A model generated the notes under the pieces. It was given only the letters and a program-made list of their open reading frames with translations. It was not told the DNA's origin and searched no databases. The position numbers and the translations under genes are program-made. A stretch of 64,000 nucleotides of DNA, taken from positions 800,001-864,000 of the forward strand of contig OY969564.1 in NCBI GenBank assembly GCA_963701095.1. The letters run 5' to 3'. Shown here one piece after another: positions 1 to 11,241 of the stretch (position 1 is the first letter of the stretch; every line of letters starts with the position of its first letter). The DNA is from an uncultured Methanoregulaceae archaeon (GTDB lineage Archaea; Halobacteriota; Methanomicrobia; Methanomicrobiales; Methanospirillaceae).

Positions 1-218
1 TCGATAGCAGACTACACGTGGACCCGGTTCAACAACATCTCCGGCTTGGTCCCTGGAGTCACGACTTTCGGAAGCGAATTGACCCTTCTGTATTCCCCGT
101 CAGTCATCGCCACTTCCAGCCTTGCTGGCATGGTAAGTTATCTGTGGAATGGAACGACTTTCGCAAGCCAATAGGGGGCACGTTGCAATCAAGCCAGACT
201 TCAAAAGGTGAAAACGAT

Positions 219-1997
219 ATGGCCTTATATCCTGGAGCACAATGGCGCGGCCCTGTTCCGAATCAGACTACTGATGGCATGACTGGTTATATGTTCGTGG
301 TCTTGCACATCATGGAGGGCACCTTAAAGGGAACGGACGCGTGGTTTCATGACGCCACGTCAAAGGTTTCTGCACATTTCGGCGTTGGTAAGGATGGCAC
401 AGTTTACCAGTGGGTGGACACCAGGGATGAAGCCTGGGCCCAAGCTGGTGGCAACCCCGTGGGCATTTCCATCCAACACGAGGGGTCAGTGCCTGATGGC
501 TTGACTCCCCAGCAAATCGCCGCCGATGGTAAGCTGCTGGCATGGATCTTCAGCACTCATGGAACTCCATTACAGATCACCGATGACCCGGTTCAAGGCA
601 CCGGCATCATCGGGCATTCCGACGGGGGCGCTGCCTGGGGTGGCGACTCGCTCTGTCCCGGCACAAACATCATGGGGCAGCGGCAGGCCATGATCGATGC
701 GGCTGCGCCACAAGTGTCCGTTGTCTCCCCTTCCCTAGGTCTGCCGGGGGGCGGAACAGCGGTCACCGTCACAGGCACAGGCTTCACCGGTGCCACGAGC
801 ATAGCTTTTGGAACGGCCGGCGCATCCAATATGGTCGTGGTTTCCGACTATGAGATCACCGCAGTGAGCCCTGCGGGAAGTGGTACGGTCGACGTACGCA
901 TCACGGGTCCTACAGGAATGAGCCCTGTTACATTATCGGACAAGTTCATCTACAGCACCGGCACTCCAACCATTACCAGCGTAAGCCCGTCCTCGGGTGA
1001 TTTACACGGGGGAACAATCGTCGTCATAACCGGCAGTGGCTTGGCACTGGTCTCAGAGCTGACCTTCGGTTCGACCCCCTGCATCACCTTTAATGTCGAC
1101 AGCGACACCCAGATCACGGCTCTGACCCCACCCGGCACCGGATCCGTGATGCTCGGCTTCACTACTCCCACCGTATGTGGCACATCCGGAACGCTTACCT
1201 TTATCTATACTCCTTCCGTGGCACTACCGCAGATCACCTCGGTCACGCCAATCACCGGAAGCACGGACGGAGGTACTTCGGTTGTCATCACGGGAAGTGG
1301 CTTCACGGGAGTCGTGGCGCTCTCCTTCGGCGCGATTCCCGCGGGGAGCTTCATCATTAATAACGATACCCAGATCACCGCCACGAGCCCCGCGTCCGCG
1401 GCTGGCACCGTTGATCTGTCGGTCACGGGGCTATCTGGCACCTCCACGGCCAGTCAAATGGATCGCTTCACCTTCGAGCCCCCGCCACCTGCCGTCACTT
1501 CAGTCGCTCCTAACTCCGGACAGCAGGCCGGAGGTATAATTGTCACAGTCACCGGCAGCGGCTTCACTGGCGCGACATCGGTAGACTTCGGAGCAGTTGA
1601 TGCACCTGCTTTCACCGTGGCAACTGATAAGCTGATCACCGTCACGTCCCCCGCTGGCTCGGGGACAGTCGACGTCACGGTCATTGGTCCATCGGGTATA
1701 TCGGCAACCAGTGCCGTCGACCAGTTCACCTACATGGCTGCCCACTCAACGCCCGTCATCCAAAGCATCAACCCTGCAACAGGAAATGCGGGCACAAGCA
1801 TCGTGATCACCGGCAGCGGTTTTACGGGTGCGACAGAAGTGAATTTCGGGAGCATAGCTGCGACTTCCTTCACCGTGGATTCGGATGCGCAGATCACTGC
1901 CACCTGCCCCATCGGTGCCAGCACCGTTAATGTGACCGTAACCACGCCCTTCGGTCACTCCACGACCAACGTAGCGGACCTGTTCTCCTACGTATGA
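219..1997 (+). CDS. N-acetylmuramoyl-L-alanine amidase (Amidase_2/PGRP-like) domain fused to five IPT/TIG repeats
   Basis: Motifs VVLHIM, SAHFGVGKDGTVYQWVD..AWA and IIGHSD..CPG; five P-x-I/V-x-S-V-x-P...ITGSGF repeats; ATG 219 follows RBS-like AAGGTGA (ORF track starts at 18). Confidence 0.8.
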   Translation: MALYPGAQWRGPVPNQTTDGMTGYMFVVLHIMEGTLKGTDAWFHDATSKVSAHFGVGKDGTVYQWVDTRDEAWAQAGGNPVGISIQHEGSVPDGLTPQQIAADGKLLAWIFSTHGTPLQITDDPVQGTGIIGHSDGGAAWGGDSLCPGTNIMGQRQAMIDAAAPQVSVVSPSLGLPGGGTAVTVTGTGFTGATSIAFGTAGASNMVVVSDYEITAVSPAGSGTVDVRITGPTGMSPVTLSDKFIYSTGTPTITSVSPSSGDLHGGTIVVITGSGLALVSELTFGSTPCITFNVDSDTQITALTPPGTGSVMLGFTTPTVCGTSGTLTFIYTPSVALPQITSVTPITGSTDGGTSVVITGSGFTGVVALSFGAIPAGSFIINNDTQITATSPASAAGTVDLSVTGLSGTSTASQMDRFTFEPPPPAVTSVAPNSGQQAGGIIVTVTGSGFTGATSVDFGAVDAPAFTVATDKLITVTSPAGSGTVDVTVIGPSGISATSAVDQFTYMAAHSTPVIQSINPATGNAGTSIVITGSGFTGATEVNFGSIAATSFTVDSDAQITATCPIGASTVNVTVTTPFGHSTTNVADLFSYV

Positions 1998-2013
1998 TCC
2001 CAGACGTATAACT

Positions 2014-5000
2014 GTGAAAAAAATAACAGGCAAATCAGATGGAAGTATTCTTATGACGAAAAAAAATGAAAATGTAAATTTGTCCACCTCGTCGAACACA
2101 AGCTCGACTGCGGCTAGAGTTGTCCCTAAACTCAACCTACAGCGCATTCCGCTCACGGTTGATCCCCTTGGCCAGCAAGGTGCTTCCCTGGCGAGTACCT
2201 TGCAGCCCTTCCGAATCGCTGCCCAAAGCAAAATTTTCCTGGGGTTTAATCAGATTCAATCGAATCTCGGGAATATCATATCCCTCCTGGCCCAGCCGAC
2301 CATCCCAACCACCCTAACAGGAGTTCTGCTCCAACCGGACGGATCCCTTGCGGTCTCGGTGCAATTACAGTTCGATCCCCAGTCTTATGGCAGTAGCGCT
2401 CAACCTGTGACGACGATCACCGGCGGGCAGGGGGATTTCACCCTGAACGTTCCATCCGGCCTAGCCCTTCCTGCCAGTGGTATCGTACTCACCGCTCATG
2501 GGGCCAACAACAACGCGCAGGTTACGATCCAGGCTCCGCAGATCGCTGCCAATGGGGTGGTAGGTTCCATTTCCCTGCCTGTGCTGCTGCAGGCGCTGCC
2601 GGTTTCCATTCTGCAGTCTCTTCAAAACATCACATCTGGTCCGGGTGTACAGACATCCCCGGCGACTGTTCCCGACCCGGGAGTGTTGCCCACACTGAAG
2701 TTGGGGGAAGCCGGGACCAACGACCTGATCATTCGTGCATATCAGGGCGTTGACAAATATCCATACGGCGTATTCTTCCGCTTGGTCGAACCGCAATTAA
2801 GTATCGTCCAGCAGATCGATCGGGTCGTAGGGGCCAACAACAACTCGTTCTATCCCATGCCGGTGTACAACACCCAGACCGATACCGCCAGTTCCCAGAC
2901 AACGGACTACATCGACCGTATCCCCGTCGAGCAACCTCTGTCGGCAGATGGATTCCGGGAAAGCCTGATGGGTCTTGGCAGTGACGGCCTCTTCGTCGGG
3001 GATGAAACAGTGCCAATGGCCGGCACCCTTGGCCTCGGCTACGTGCTTTGGATGTCCCAACAATGGAATTATCGCGGCATCGGCCTTGGAAACCTGGTGT
3101 ATTCCCTGCCCCTGGCGCCGGGAGAACAGCAGCAGATCGCTGTCTTCGAGCGTGTAGACACAGCGGGGGTGTCAGAGAGCGAATCTCTGACCGACGAACA
3201 AACCCAAGAACAACAGGCGCTCGCTGACACATCCACGGCAGCGACCTTCAATTCTGCCTTCAACGAAGCTGCCAGCGGCGGCAGCGCCTTCGCTACTAAG
3301 TCGGATACCTCGAGCTCTGGCTTTAGCATCCTGATCGCGAGCGGCGGGGGCGGTAGCTCCAGCTCGAGCGGATCCAGTCAGCTCCTGGCTTCAGGGACAG
3401 CGAGACAGCGCGCAACAGGCCGCCGAAGCGACACACTCATCAGCAGAGAACCAAGCGTCAGCCCGTCGCACCGCAGCCCGCACCGGCATACGCTTGGCAA
3501 CCGCGAGCGAGAGCGAGTCCGTTACCACCCGAACGATCACCAACCACAATCATGGCCATGCTCTGACGCTCCAGTATTGGGAAGTACAGCGTCTCTACGA
3601 TGTGTCCACGGCTATTGACGGACTCACCCTGGTATGTTTGGTGCCGATGCAGATCGTCCGCTTCATGTCGCCCGGCCAGCCATTGACGATCACCGATCCT
3701 TCCATGGTGTCGTCCCGTACTGACGTACTGACGCGCTACAGCGAGATCATCAAGCATATTGATGTCCTGAAAGTGGCGCTTCCGCGCGTCTTCCAGCCCG
3801 GACTCAACCTGCTTCACCAATTCGCGGCAGATCCTACGGCTAATGTCGAATCCAGCGGCGGTGTGGCCGAGGATGTCATCAACTTTATCCTTACCGGAAC
3901 TTTCGTTCCCTGTGAGGATATTTCTATCACGGCAGTCACGGACAGAAATACCCGAGTCGGACCGGCTCAATTGAGCCCCCAGCAATCCAATTTTACCATT
4001 CCGGATGACACTTATGCGAGCCAGGATGGCCTGCTCGCAGGCCTCAGTATGCAGCGTGCGCAGTTGCCGGGAATGACCTTTACCGGAGCTCTTGCCCTGC
4101 CTCCCTCCTTGAACCGCGCCAACATCATAGGCTTCGAGATCAGCCGCAGCTTCCGCAGGGTAGACTATACACTGCTCTCCCCCGAACAGGCGGCTCTAAT
4201 GGCGCTCCAAAGCCAGTTCGACAGCTCGGGCACCAGTTGGATCAATTCAGCCATCCAGTACACGATGGGGACGGACACTGCCGCCAACGTTCGCAGCACG
4301 GTCCACATAAGTCCGAAGGATCTGGAGAATACTCTAGGCGGACCGATGCTGGTCTCGTTCTCAGCGACCATCGAGGAACTCAATGCGTCTGGCACCGGGA
4401 GCGAGACGTACGCCAATAATGCGCTTTTCGGCACTGTCCTCCCACAGCAGCCCTATCCGGTGCCGGCATTGCAGGTAGCACCGGTACTCAGATACAATGA
4501 GATCCTGACCATCGAGGCGATGGCACAGCATGTGGTGAGGAATACGATGAGGTATTCGAAAGCCGTCTGGGCCTCACTGACCAATGAAGAACGTGCAATC
4601 CTGCTTGATTTCTACACGATTGGAGTTCCTCCAGGAGGCGTGGAGGATGCCAGCCAAATGGTACCATTGCTGAACTGCGTGCAAAACAAAGTGCTTGGCT
4701 TCTTTGGCAATTCAATGATATTGCCTTTCATCATCCCCCAGATCGTGGCCGACACGATAAAAGGGGCCGACCAGACTAAGATTGATCCTGTAAAGATTCA
4801 GCAATCACTCCTCGCTTATCAGAAGGCGACCTTTGATCCTCCGCGATCGATGATCTCACTTCCGACCCAGGGTGTCTTGGGAGAGGCTGTGCTTGGCCAG
4901 TCCCCGTCAGCGGAGAAGATCGATCTGACCCGATTCTGGAACTGGCAGGACAGCCCCTCGGACAGTGCCCCACAGATCTCGCCCGTTACCCTGCCCACCA

Positions 5001-5584
5001 CGACCTCTTCCATCGCGGGGGGACTCACGGCTCCAAATTCGCTCGGCCAGCTTCCCAGCCTGATCAATAATGTCCTGACCGCTCCGACACCCAACACAAG
5101 CCTCCTACAGGCCATGGGGCAGGCAGCAGCGAGCCAGCAGGACTTCAGTTCCTCGTTGACCGGCCAGGCGCAATTGGCCTCCTTGATGACCAACGCCCAG
5201 AACGTCTCGAACGCGGCCAGGGCCGATGCACTTAATACCACCAAGCAGCTGCAGTCCCAAGCCATGGCGACTGTCGGCAACATTGTCGGCGGCATGATGG
5301 GCGGCAACACGAACGCAGGTTCTTCCGCCGCTTCGGCAGCCATGGGTACGGGATCCGGCAGTTCCGGTACGTCATCGGGTACGGGATCCGGCAGTTCCGG
5401 TACGTCCGCGAATAAAAGTGGCAAGTCCTCGGGCACGAGCGCTAAAGGATCAGGATCGACTTCCCAAGGCTCAACAGCACCGCCCGCAGGAAGCTCTCAG
5501 TCCGGCGCCTCGAACCTGAACTCGGCCGGTTCCAGTCAGGCGAACTCCACTCCAAGCTCCGATCCCTCTGATCCGGGTTACTAG
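2014..5584 (+). CDS. Large uncharacterised protein, one gene split by a frameshift near 3380; Ser/Gly-rich C-terminus
   Basis: ORFs 2014-3618 and 3494-5584 join via the frame SWLQGQRDSAQQAAEATHSS; conserved-looking motifs YSLPLAPGE, NHNHGHALTLQYWEV, EKIDLTRFWNWQDSP. Confidence 0.6.
5344..5406 (+). repeat. 33-bp-period tandem repeat (two copies of GGGTACGGGATCCGGCAGTTCCGGTACGTC) encoding GTGSGSSGTS
   Basis: Directly visible. Confidence 0.8.
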
Positions 5585-5946
5585 TTTCATTCCTTCACTA
5601 ATTTTTAACGATAACTAAGACCGACCGTAAGATCTTAATCGTCGGTGGGCGCTGCATATGTCCAACAGACGGCAAATTGCCCGCCAAAGAAAGAATAATA
5701 TCCGAGCAGAAGATTGTTCCGAAATTGCAGCTGAAGCAATCAACCGGCACCTCACGATTTCCATCAACGGGAAACTAAACCAAAGACGCTTATCCGGACC
5801 ATCCGGGATGGTGGCAGGTGCGGGCATGCCCGATATTTTCTGTTCCCCACTACAAACACACATTCCACCGGAAAAGCGAACGGAAGATAAGGCAGGATGT
5901 GGGCCGGCCGAGACTTCGCAAGATTGTTTAAAAGGATTGGGGATTG

Positions 5947-5963
5947 GGCTCTGTAGAAATCCT
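5947..5963 (+). repeat. Dispersed repeat GGCTCTGTAGAAATCCT, copy 1 (possible IS/MITE end)
   Basis: Identical 17-mer at 52150-52166; 15-bp reverse complement at 35696-35710. Confidence 0.6.
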
Positions 5964-6080
5964 AATGCTCCTTCATTCATTTGGCAATACAGAAAATTTT
6001 GATACTTTTGTTGGTTCTGAAAGGTCTTCGGGAGATAGATAACCCTTGGAAAATCTGTCAAAAATCGGTAGGTGGAAAAA

Positions 6081-6296
6081 TCAGCGTTTCATTGAACGGT
6101 TGCTTAAAATCAGTGTTACGATTAGCACAATTATTGAAAGAGCTAAAATGTACAAATCATATTGATATAGTGTCTGATGAAGAGCGGTTCTTGCAATACT
6201 AATGAGCGTTATTACTATGATACCTGACCAAAACCCGATTATCACATTCCAGTTAACTTTCATCATACTCACGACCAACAATTGAATGTTGGACAA
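6081..6296 (-). CDS. Small two-TM membrane protein
   Basis: Two hydrophobic stretches in a 71-aa ORF. Confidence 0.35.
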   Translation of the reverse strand: MSNIQLLVVSMMKVNWNVIIGFWSGIIVITLISIARTALHQTLYQYDLYILALSIIVLIVTLILSNRSMKR

Positions 6297-6462
6297 TCGA
6301 CCTTATTATTTCTTCATTTTCATATCCTGTTTTCTGATCCACCATTTCCACAACATTTATGGTAACCCCCGTATGCACCGGGTCAACCGCATCCCCCGTC
6401 AACAGGTAAACACCGTACGAAAACTCATAGGGTATTAGTAAGATACATCTTACTGATCTGTC

Positions 6463-6729
6463 ATGGATGTTGCAATAACAAGGATGAGTTCTAAAGGTCA
6501 GGTTGTCATCCCAGCTTCGATGCGAACCGATCTCCCCGAAGGAGAAAAGATCCTGATCATCAGGGAAGGAGCACGGATCATCCTCAAACCACTCAGCGAT
6601 ATTGAACCAGCGTTACGGGAAGATATCCTGTTTGCAGAAAAAACCGAAACTGCATTCGGGGAATATGCGAAAGGAAACTTCACGAAGAAAAAAGCAGGTG
6701 ACTTCATCAAAGAGATGGATTCATGGTAA
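6463..6729 (+). CDS. AbrB/MazE/SpoVT-family antitoxin or DNA-binding protein
   Basis: MSSKGQVVIPASMR...EGARIILKP signature. Confidence 0.85.
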   Translation: MDVAITRMSSKGQVVIPASMRTDLPEGEKILIIREGARIILKPLSDIEPALREDILFAEKTETAFGEYAKGNFTKKKAGDFIKEMDSW

Positions 6730-6848
6730 CGGTTGCTTACCACCCGCACTTTGAAAAGACAATCCGGAAGATCAGTGTTGCCCGAATCAGCCTGAAAACA
6801 GGGATCCTGGCGGGTAAAAGAAGAGGGAATGATAGAGGGAAGAAATGA
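6723..6848 (+). pseudogene. Truncated RelE/ParE-like toxin remnant
   Basis: Overlaps antitoxin stop; begins MVTVAYHPHFEKTIRKI (RelE-like N-terminus) then loses similarity. Confidence 0.5.
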
Positions 6849-6890
6849 TCCTCGTTAGAAAGAGATAAAAACTATTAAGCAAACGTTGGG

Positions 6891-7217
6891 ATGGTGATGA
6901 CTTGCCATTCTATGCCCTATTATTCAAAGGCGGTTTGCGGCATTCAGAGCTTTCGAAGGAATACTCTGATCGGTTTGTCGCATGGGCCAAGAAAGTCAGC
7001 TTCAAGCAGTGTTCCAGGAAGCAGATTCATGCAAGAGGGAAGGCTCGTCTCTACAAATGGGGTAACGAACCTGAAATTTGATAAGGACACCATAGGGGGT
7101 TACATAACGGTAGAATCAGAAAGTTACGAAAAAGCAGTTGCAATAGCAAAGCAATGCCCGATATTAGAGAATAACGGATATGTTGAGGTCAGGGAGATAA
7201 TTAAGCCGGACTCCTAA
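6891..7217 (+). CDS. YciI-family protein (5' end uncertain or degenerate)
   Basis: KDTIGGYITVESESYEKAVAIAKQCPILENNGYVEVRE matches the YciI/DGPF-type C-terminus. Confidence 0.55.
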   Translation: MVMTCHSMPYYSKAVCGIQSFRRNTLIGLSHGPRKSASSSVPGSRFMQEGRLVSTNGVTNLKFDKDTIGGYITVESESYEKAVAIAKQCPILENNGYVEVREIIKPDS

Positions 7218-7456
7218 ACTCTACCCATTAAATATCTTTTCAATGCCTGCATAATCTTTTTTACCTTTATAATTTTTGAATCATAATCCCGTCTCCGGAT
7301 GCCGGAGATACCCCTGCCCGGTTCGCTTCACTCGTATGCCGTAGCTGCCCTGCTCTCTAAAGGCCCTCTTTTCACCACAAATACGGTCTCCAAAAACCAG
7401 CACCGAAAAATAACGAACAGGAATCGCATGTCGTTTACGTATGCCGGGAGATCTTC

Positions 7457-7921
7457 TTGACCAAAAAGAAACCCGCCCGGAAAAAGAAGAAAATGGGAGG
7501 GCAATCCGTTTACGAACCCGATTTTCACCCGGTAAAGGCAGGAGAACTTGCCCTGATGGGATTAACCGATGCGCAGATGGCAGCTGTCTTTGGCATAGGT
7601 GAAACTACCCTGAACCGATGGAAAAAACGCTATCCCGATTTTCTTGCATCCCTTAAAGGAGGAAAAGAGCAGGCGGACGCTCCGGTAGTCAAATCCCTGT
7701 ACCAACGGGCACTTGGTTATACCCTCATTGAAAAGAAGATGATCCTGAATCCCGACGGCAGCACCCGTAAAGAGGTCACGGAAAAAGAAATTGCACCGGA
7801 TGTAATCGCGTGTATGTTCTGGCTCAAGAACCGGCAGTCCAAGGACTGGCGAGACAAGCACGACGTTTCGCATACCGGGGATATCATCCTGCACTTTGAC
7901 CGGGAGGATGAGGGCCGGTGA
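7457..7921 (+). CDS. terS: Terminase small subunit
   Basis: HTH (GLTDAQMAAVFGIGETTLNRWKKRYPDF), SLYQRALGY, PDVIACMFWLKNR..WRDK; overlaps terL start. Confidence 0.85.
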   Translation: MTKKKPARKKKKMGGQSVYEPDFHPVKAGELALMGLTDAQMAAVFGIGETTLNRWKKRYPDFLASLKGGKEQADAPVVKSLYQRALGYTLIEKKMILNPDGSTRKEVTEKEIAPDVIACMFWLKNRQSKDWRDKHDVSHTGDIILHFDREDEGR

Positions 7922-9276
7922 CCCTTCCCAAAACGCCGGACCAGAAAAAGGCGCTGGCGTTACTCAACGGCCCGTACAAGTGGGTCCTCCTGCATGGCGG
8001 CAGCCGGTCGGGGAAGACGTTTATTATCGTGCGGCAGATCATCATCCGGGCGCTCGAATCCCCGGGATTCCGGCATGTCATTTTCCGGCTCAGGTTCAAC
8101 CATATCAAGCAGTCCATTTTCATGGAAACGCTGCCGGAACTGTTCAAGAAAGATCCGCAGTTAGCATTGATCCGGGACAAGGTCGTATGGAACCGGTCGG
8201 ACTATTTTATCACCCTGCCAAACGGTTCCGAGATATGGATGGGCGGCCTGGACGATAAAGAACGCACCGAGAAGGTGCTCGGCAAAGAATACGCCACGAT
8301 CTACTTCAACGAAAGCAGCCAGATCCCGTACTCGTCCGTCACTATTGCCCAGACCCGGTTAGCCCAGAACGTACCGAAGATTGCGAACAAGTTCTATTTT
8401 GACTGCAACCCGCCGACAAAAAGCCACTGGCTGTACTCGCTTTTCTTTCTGGGTATCGACCCCGAGACGAAAACAGCCCTCGCCCGGCCTGACCTGTACG
8501 CAGAACAGCGGATGAACCCCGACGGCAACCGGGCAAACCTTCCCGCCGATTATATCGAAACCGTCCTGAACGCTTTGCCGGAGAGAAAACGGAAGCGGTT
8601 CCGGGATGGCGAATGGCTGGAGGATGTCGAAGGCGCCCTCTGGAAACGTGAGATCATTGATGCCGCCCGGGTGGTCCGGATACCGTCTGACCTGACCTAT
8701 GTTGATGTGAGCGTCGACCCCGCCGTTACGGCTAAACCGGGCAGCAACAGTACCGGGATTATTGTTACCGCCGTTGATTCCCGCGGCCATTATTATGTGT
8801 TAGCTGACCGCACCCAGGAACGGGCTTCACCGAAGATCTGGGGGACGGCTGCGGTTACTGCCTATAACGAGTTCGCTGCCGATGCGATGATCGGCGAAGT
8901 CAACAACGGCGGGGATCTGGTTGAGAGGAATATCAAGGTTATCGATCCCCGGATCAATTTCCGGGCGGTCCATGCCACCCGGGGTAAGATCCTCCGGGCG
9001 GAACCTGTCGCCGCACTCTACGAGAAAGGCATCGTGCACCATGTCGGCGAGTTTCCGGAACTGGAGGAGCAGATGTGCAGTTTTGCGCCGCTGATCCAGC
9101 ACGAACAGGACTCGCCGGACAGGCTGGACGCGCTGGTCTGGGGAATAACCGACCTGATCGAGAAGGCAAAGCCGGGGATGAAGATTCCGTTGTCGATGCT
9201 TTCCGGCGGAACCTACGGCCGACCAGATTGTGACAACAAGTTCTACGGCAGGGACCGTTCGGAATTCGGCCTCTGA
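7918..9276 (+). CDS. terL: Terminase large subunit
   Basis: Walker A GGSRSGKT, Walker B IYFNE, DCNP, nuclease motifs VSVDPA and SPDRLDALVW. Confidence 0.93.
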   Translation: MTLPKTPDQKKALALLNGPYKWVLLHGGSRSGKTFIIVRQIIIRALESPGFRHVIFRLRFNHIKQSIFMETLPELFKKDPQLALIRDKVVWNRSDYFITLPNGSEIWMGGLDDKERTEKVLGKEYATIYFNESSQIPYSSVTIAQTRLAQNVPKIANKFYFDCNPPTKSHWLYSLFFLGIDPETKTALARPDLYAEQRMNPDGNRANLPADYIETVLNALPERKRKRFRDGEWLEDVEGALWKREIIDAARVVRIPSDLTYVDVSVDPAVTAKPGSNSTGIIVTAVDSRGHYYVLADRTQERASPKIWGTAAVTAYNEFAADAMIGEVNNGGDLVERNIKVIDPRINFRAVHATRGKILRAEPVAALYEKGIVHHVGEFPELEEQMCSFAPLIQHEQDSPDRLDALVWGITDLIEKAKPGMKIPLSMLSGGTYGRPDCDNKFYGRDRSEFGL

Positions 9277-9289
9277 TTGAGGATTCACT

Positions 9290-10756
9290 ATGAGCAGGAA
9301 ACAAAAACGACAATTCCAAAAACCCTCTGCTTCACCGGCACAGGGAAGCGAAGTATACGCCGGTTCCCTTACGGCGGGATTCAAGGGCTTCGCTACGCCC
9401 CGGATTGACACTCTTTTGATTGCCCGGTACGAACAGAACGCCGTGCTTGCCGATCCCGTACGGAACCTGAAACGGCTGATGTTCAAGGACGAGCCGACGT
9501 ATACGGTCTACGATCCCAAAGGCGAGGAAGACGCCGGACTGTCACAAGCGGCTAAAAACCTCGGTCGGTCTTTGGATTTGTTTGCGAAAGCCCAGTGGTG
9601 TTTCCATGACCGGGTGTTTGGCGGGTGTTCGGTCTTCTCCTGCGGCTGGGGGAACATTCCCGTCGAGGTTGGACAGAAAACCTTTATGATGAAGGTTCCT
9701 ACCGAGTTCCGGCACCTTCCCTGGAACTCGTTCTGGCAGCAGCCGCCGGGCTACATGACGACCTATAACCCGATTATGCCGGGGATTGTGGTTGACCCGC
9801 TGATGGTCGTCCATGTGTTCCAGGCAGTGGACCAGTTTGTGGATCTCGGCCGGGTTGGTGGTACGCCTTCGGGGCAGTACCATCTGGTCGAGATCTGGCC
9901 CCGGCACCCGAAAGAGGGGACGAACGAGGCTGCGGCTCTTGCTACGTGGCTTGCAAACCCTTCGCTTGGTACGCGTCCCACGCTGACCGGCCCGACGTGT
10001 TTTAAGATTATTAAGGATCCCTCTGCCCAGGATCCGTCAGGTTTACCGGATTGTCTGCCGCTTGTGCCACTGGTAACGATGTACGACCATGCGAACCAGG
10101 CAGAAAACCAGCGTATCGGCCGGGTGGGTTCCCCGGTGATTTTCCCGAAGGTAGACAGGCTTACTGCTGACAATACCGAGTACGCCCAGGCAATGATGCA
10201 GAAATGGGGTAAGGACACGGTGTTTCTCTGCAGTTCGGATGGGGTTTACGAGTTTCTTGATCCGCATATCCATGACAATGCCTCTGCCTTGGAACGCATG
10301 ACGTATCTCAAGGACATGATCACGGCCTATTTCAACCCGGCGACGCCGCTGAAACAGGCGACCGGCGGCAGTTCGATAGGCCGCAATGATTCCGGTGCGG
10401 CTGATATGCTGAACGGCTACATCAACAATACCCTCGCATGGATTGAAGACGGGTTCGAGGATGTGTTCAACGAGTGGCTTGACCTCAACGGGTTCTCTAA
10501 ATATTATTGTACGATTGAGTTCCCGCGGCAGTCGAACCGCAACGATGTCGAGATTACGAATACGTTGAACATGCTCGCGAACCACGGCGCTGTGTCACCC
10601 AATGATTTGCGACAGAACGCTCCTGGATTGAATTTACCTCGACTTGATGATCCGGCCTATGACTTGCCGGTACCGGCGACGCAGAATCCGGGGAGTGGTG
10701 TACCGGTGCCGCCCGGGAGTGTGCCGGTGGGGAATGTTGGCCGGGGTGAGGATTGA
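9290..10756 (+). CDS. Putative portal protein
   Basis: 488 aa immediately after terL; size and position. Confidence 0.7.
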   Translation: MSRKQKRQFQKPSASPAQGSEVYAGSLTAGFKGFATPRIDTLLIARYEQNAVLADPVRNLKRLMFKDEPTYTVYDPKGEEDAGLSQAAKNLGRSLDLFAKAQWCFHDRVFGGCSVFSCGWGNIPVEVGQKTFMMKVPTEFRHLPWNSFWQQPPGYMTTYNPIMPGIVVDPLMVVHVFQAVDQFVDLGRVGGTPSGQYHLVEIWPRHPKEGTNEAAALATWLANPSLGTRPTLTGPTCFKIIKDPSAQDPSGLPDCLPLVPLVTMYDHANQAENQRIGRVGSPVIFPKVDRLTADNTEYAQAMMQKWGKDTVFLCSSDGVYEFLDPHIHDNASALERMTYLKDMITAYFNPATPLKQATGGSSIGRNDSGAADMLNGYINNTLAWIEDGFEDVFNEWLDLNGFSKYYCTIEFPRQSNRNDVEITNTLNMLANHGAVSPNDLRQNAPGLNLPRLDDPAYDLPVPATQNPGSGVPVPPGSVPVGNVGRGED

Positions 10757-10910
10757 TCCCGGGGCATTCGTATGTTAGTATGGTTGTGCCGCCAGTTGAG
10801 CGAATGTCTTTTGCGATCGGGCTTGGGGTTGTGGCTGTGGTTAAGGGGTATCTGCTAGTCCGGGGGTTGATCCTGTATGCGGCTTTTCGAGAGCGTGAGA
10901 GTTAGATAGG

Positions 10911-11117
10911 ATGCTCCCCGAACATAAGCTGTCCGAGGCAGAGAAACGGTGGATCGTCAGCCATTCCGAACCTGCGATGAGTCCGCAGATGACCAATGGG
11001 GAGGTTGCTAAAATATTGGCTCGGCTGTATTCAAGGACGAATTTTGGGAGAAGGAGCCGGGTTACGGTGTTTCTGTTCCGGAAATCTGAGGAGTTCAAGG
11101 GGATGGTGAAACAATGA
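10911..11117 (+). CDS. Small HTH-like protein
   Basis: LSEAEKRWI...MTNGEVAKIL; last gene of the first virion block. Confidence 0.45.
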   Translation: MLPEHKLSEAEKRWIVSHSEPAMSPQMTNGEVAKILARLYSRTNFGRRSRVTVFLFRKSEEFKGMVKQ

Positions 11118-11241
11118 TGGGGAAACAAAATTTTTATTTCAATTCAATTTCACACCGCCCGGCCGGAATTTAATATAAACAATTTAAAATCATACAGAAT
11201 ACATTTGTTTAAGATTCACAAAAATTTGGCAGCAGAAAAAT

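Noticed and set aside
18..218. N-terminal 67-aa extension of the amidase
   Set aside because: RBS-like AAGGTGA and domain start support ATG 219
5615..6061. Overlapping ORFs 5615-6061 (-) and 5658-6002 (+)
   Set aside because: No recognisable motifs; likely intergenic
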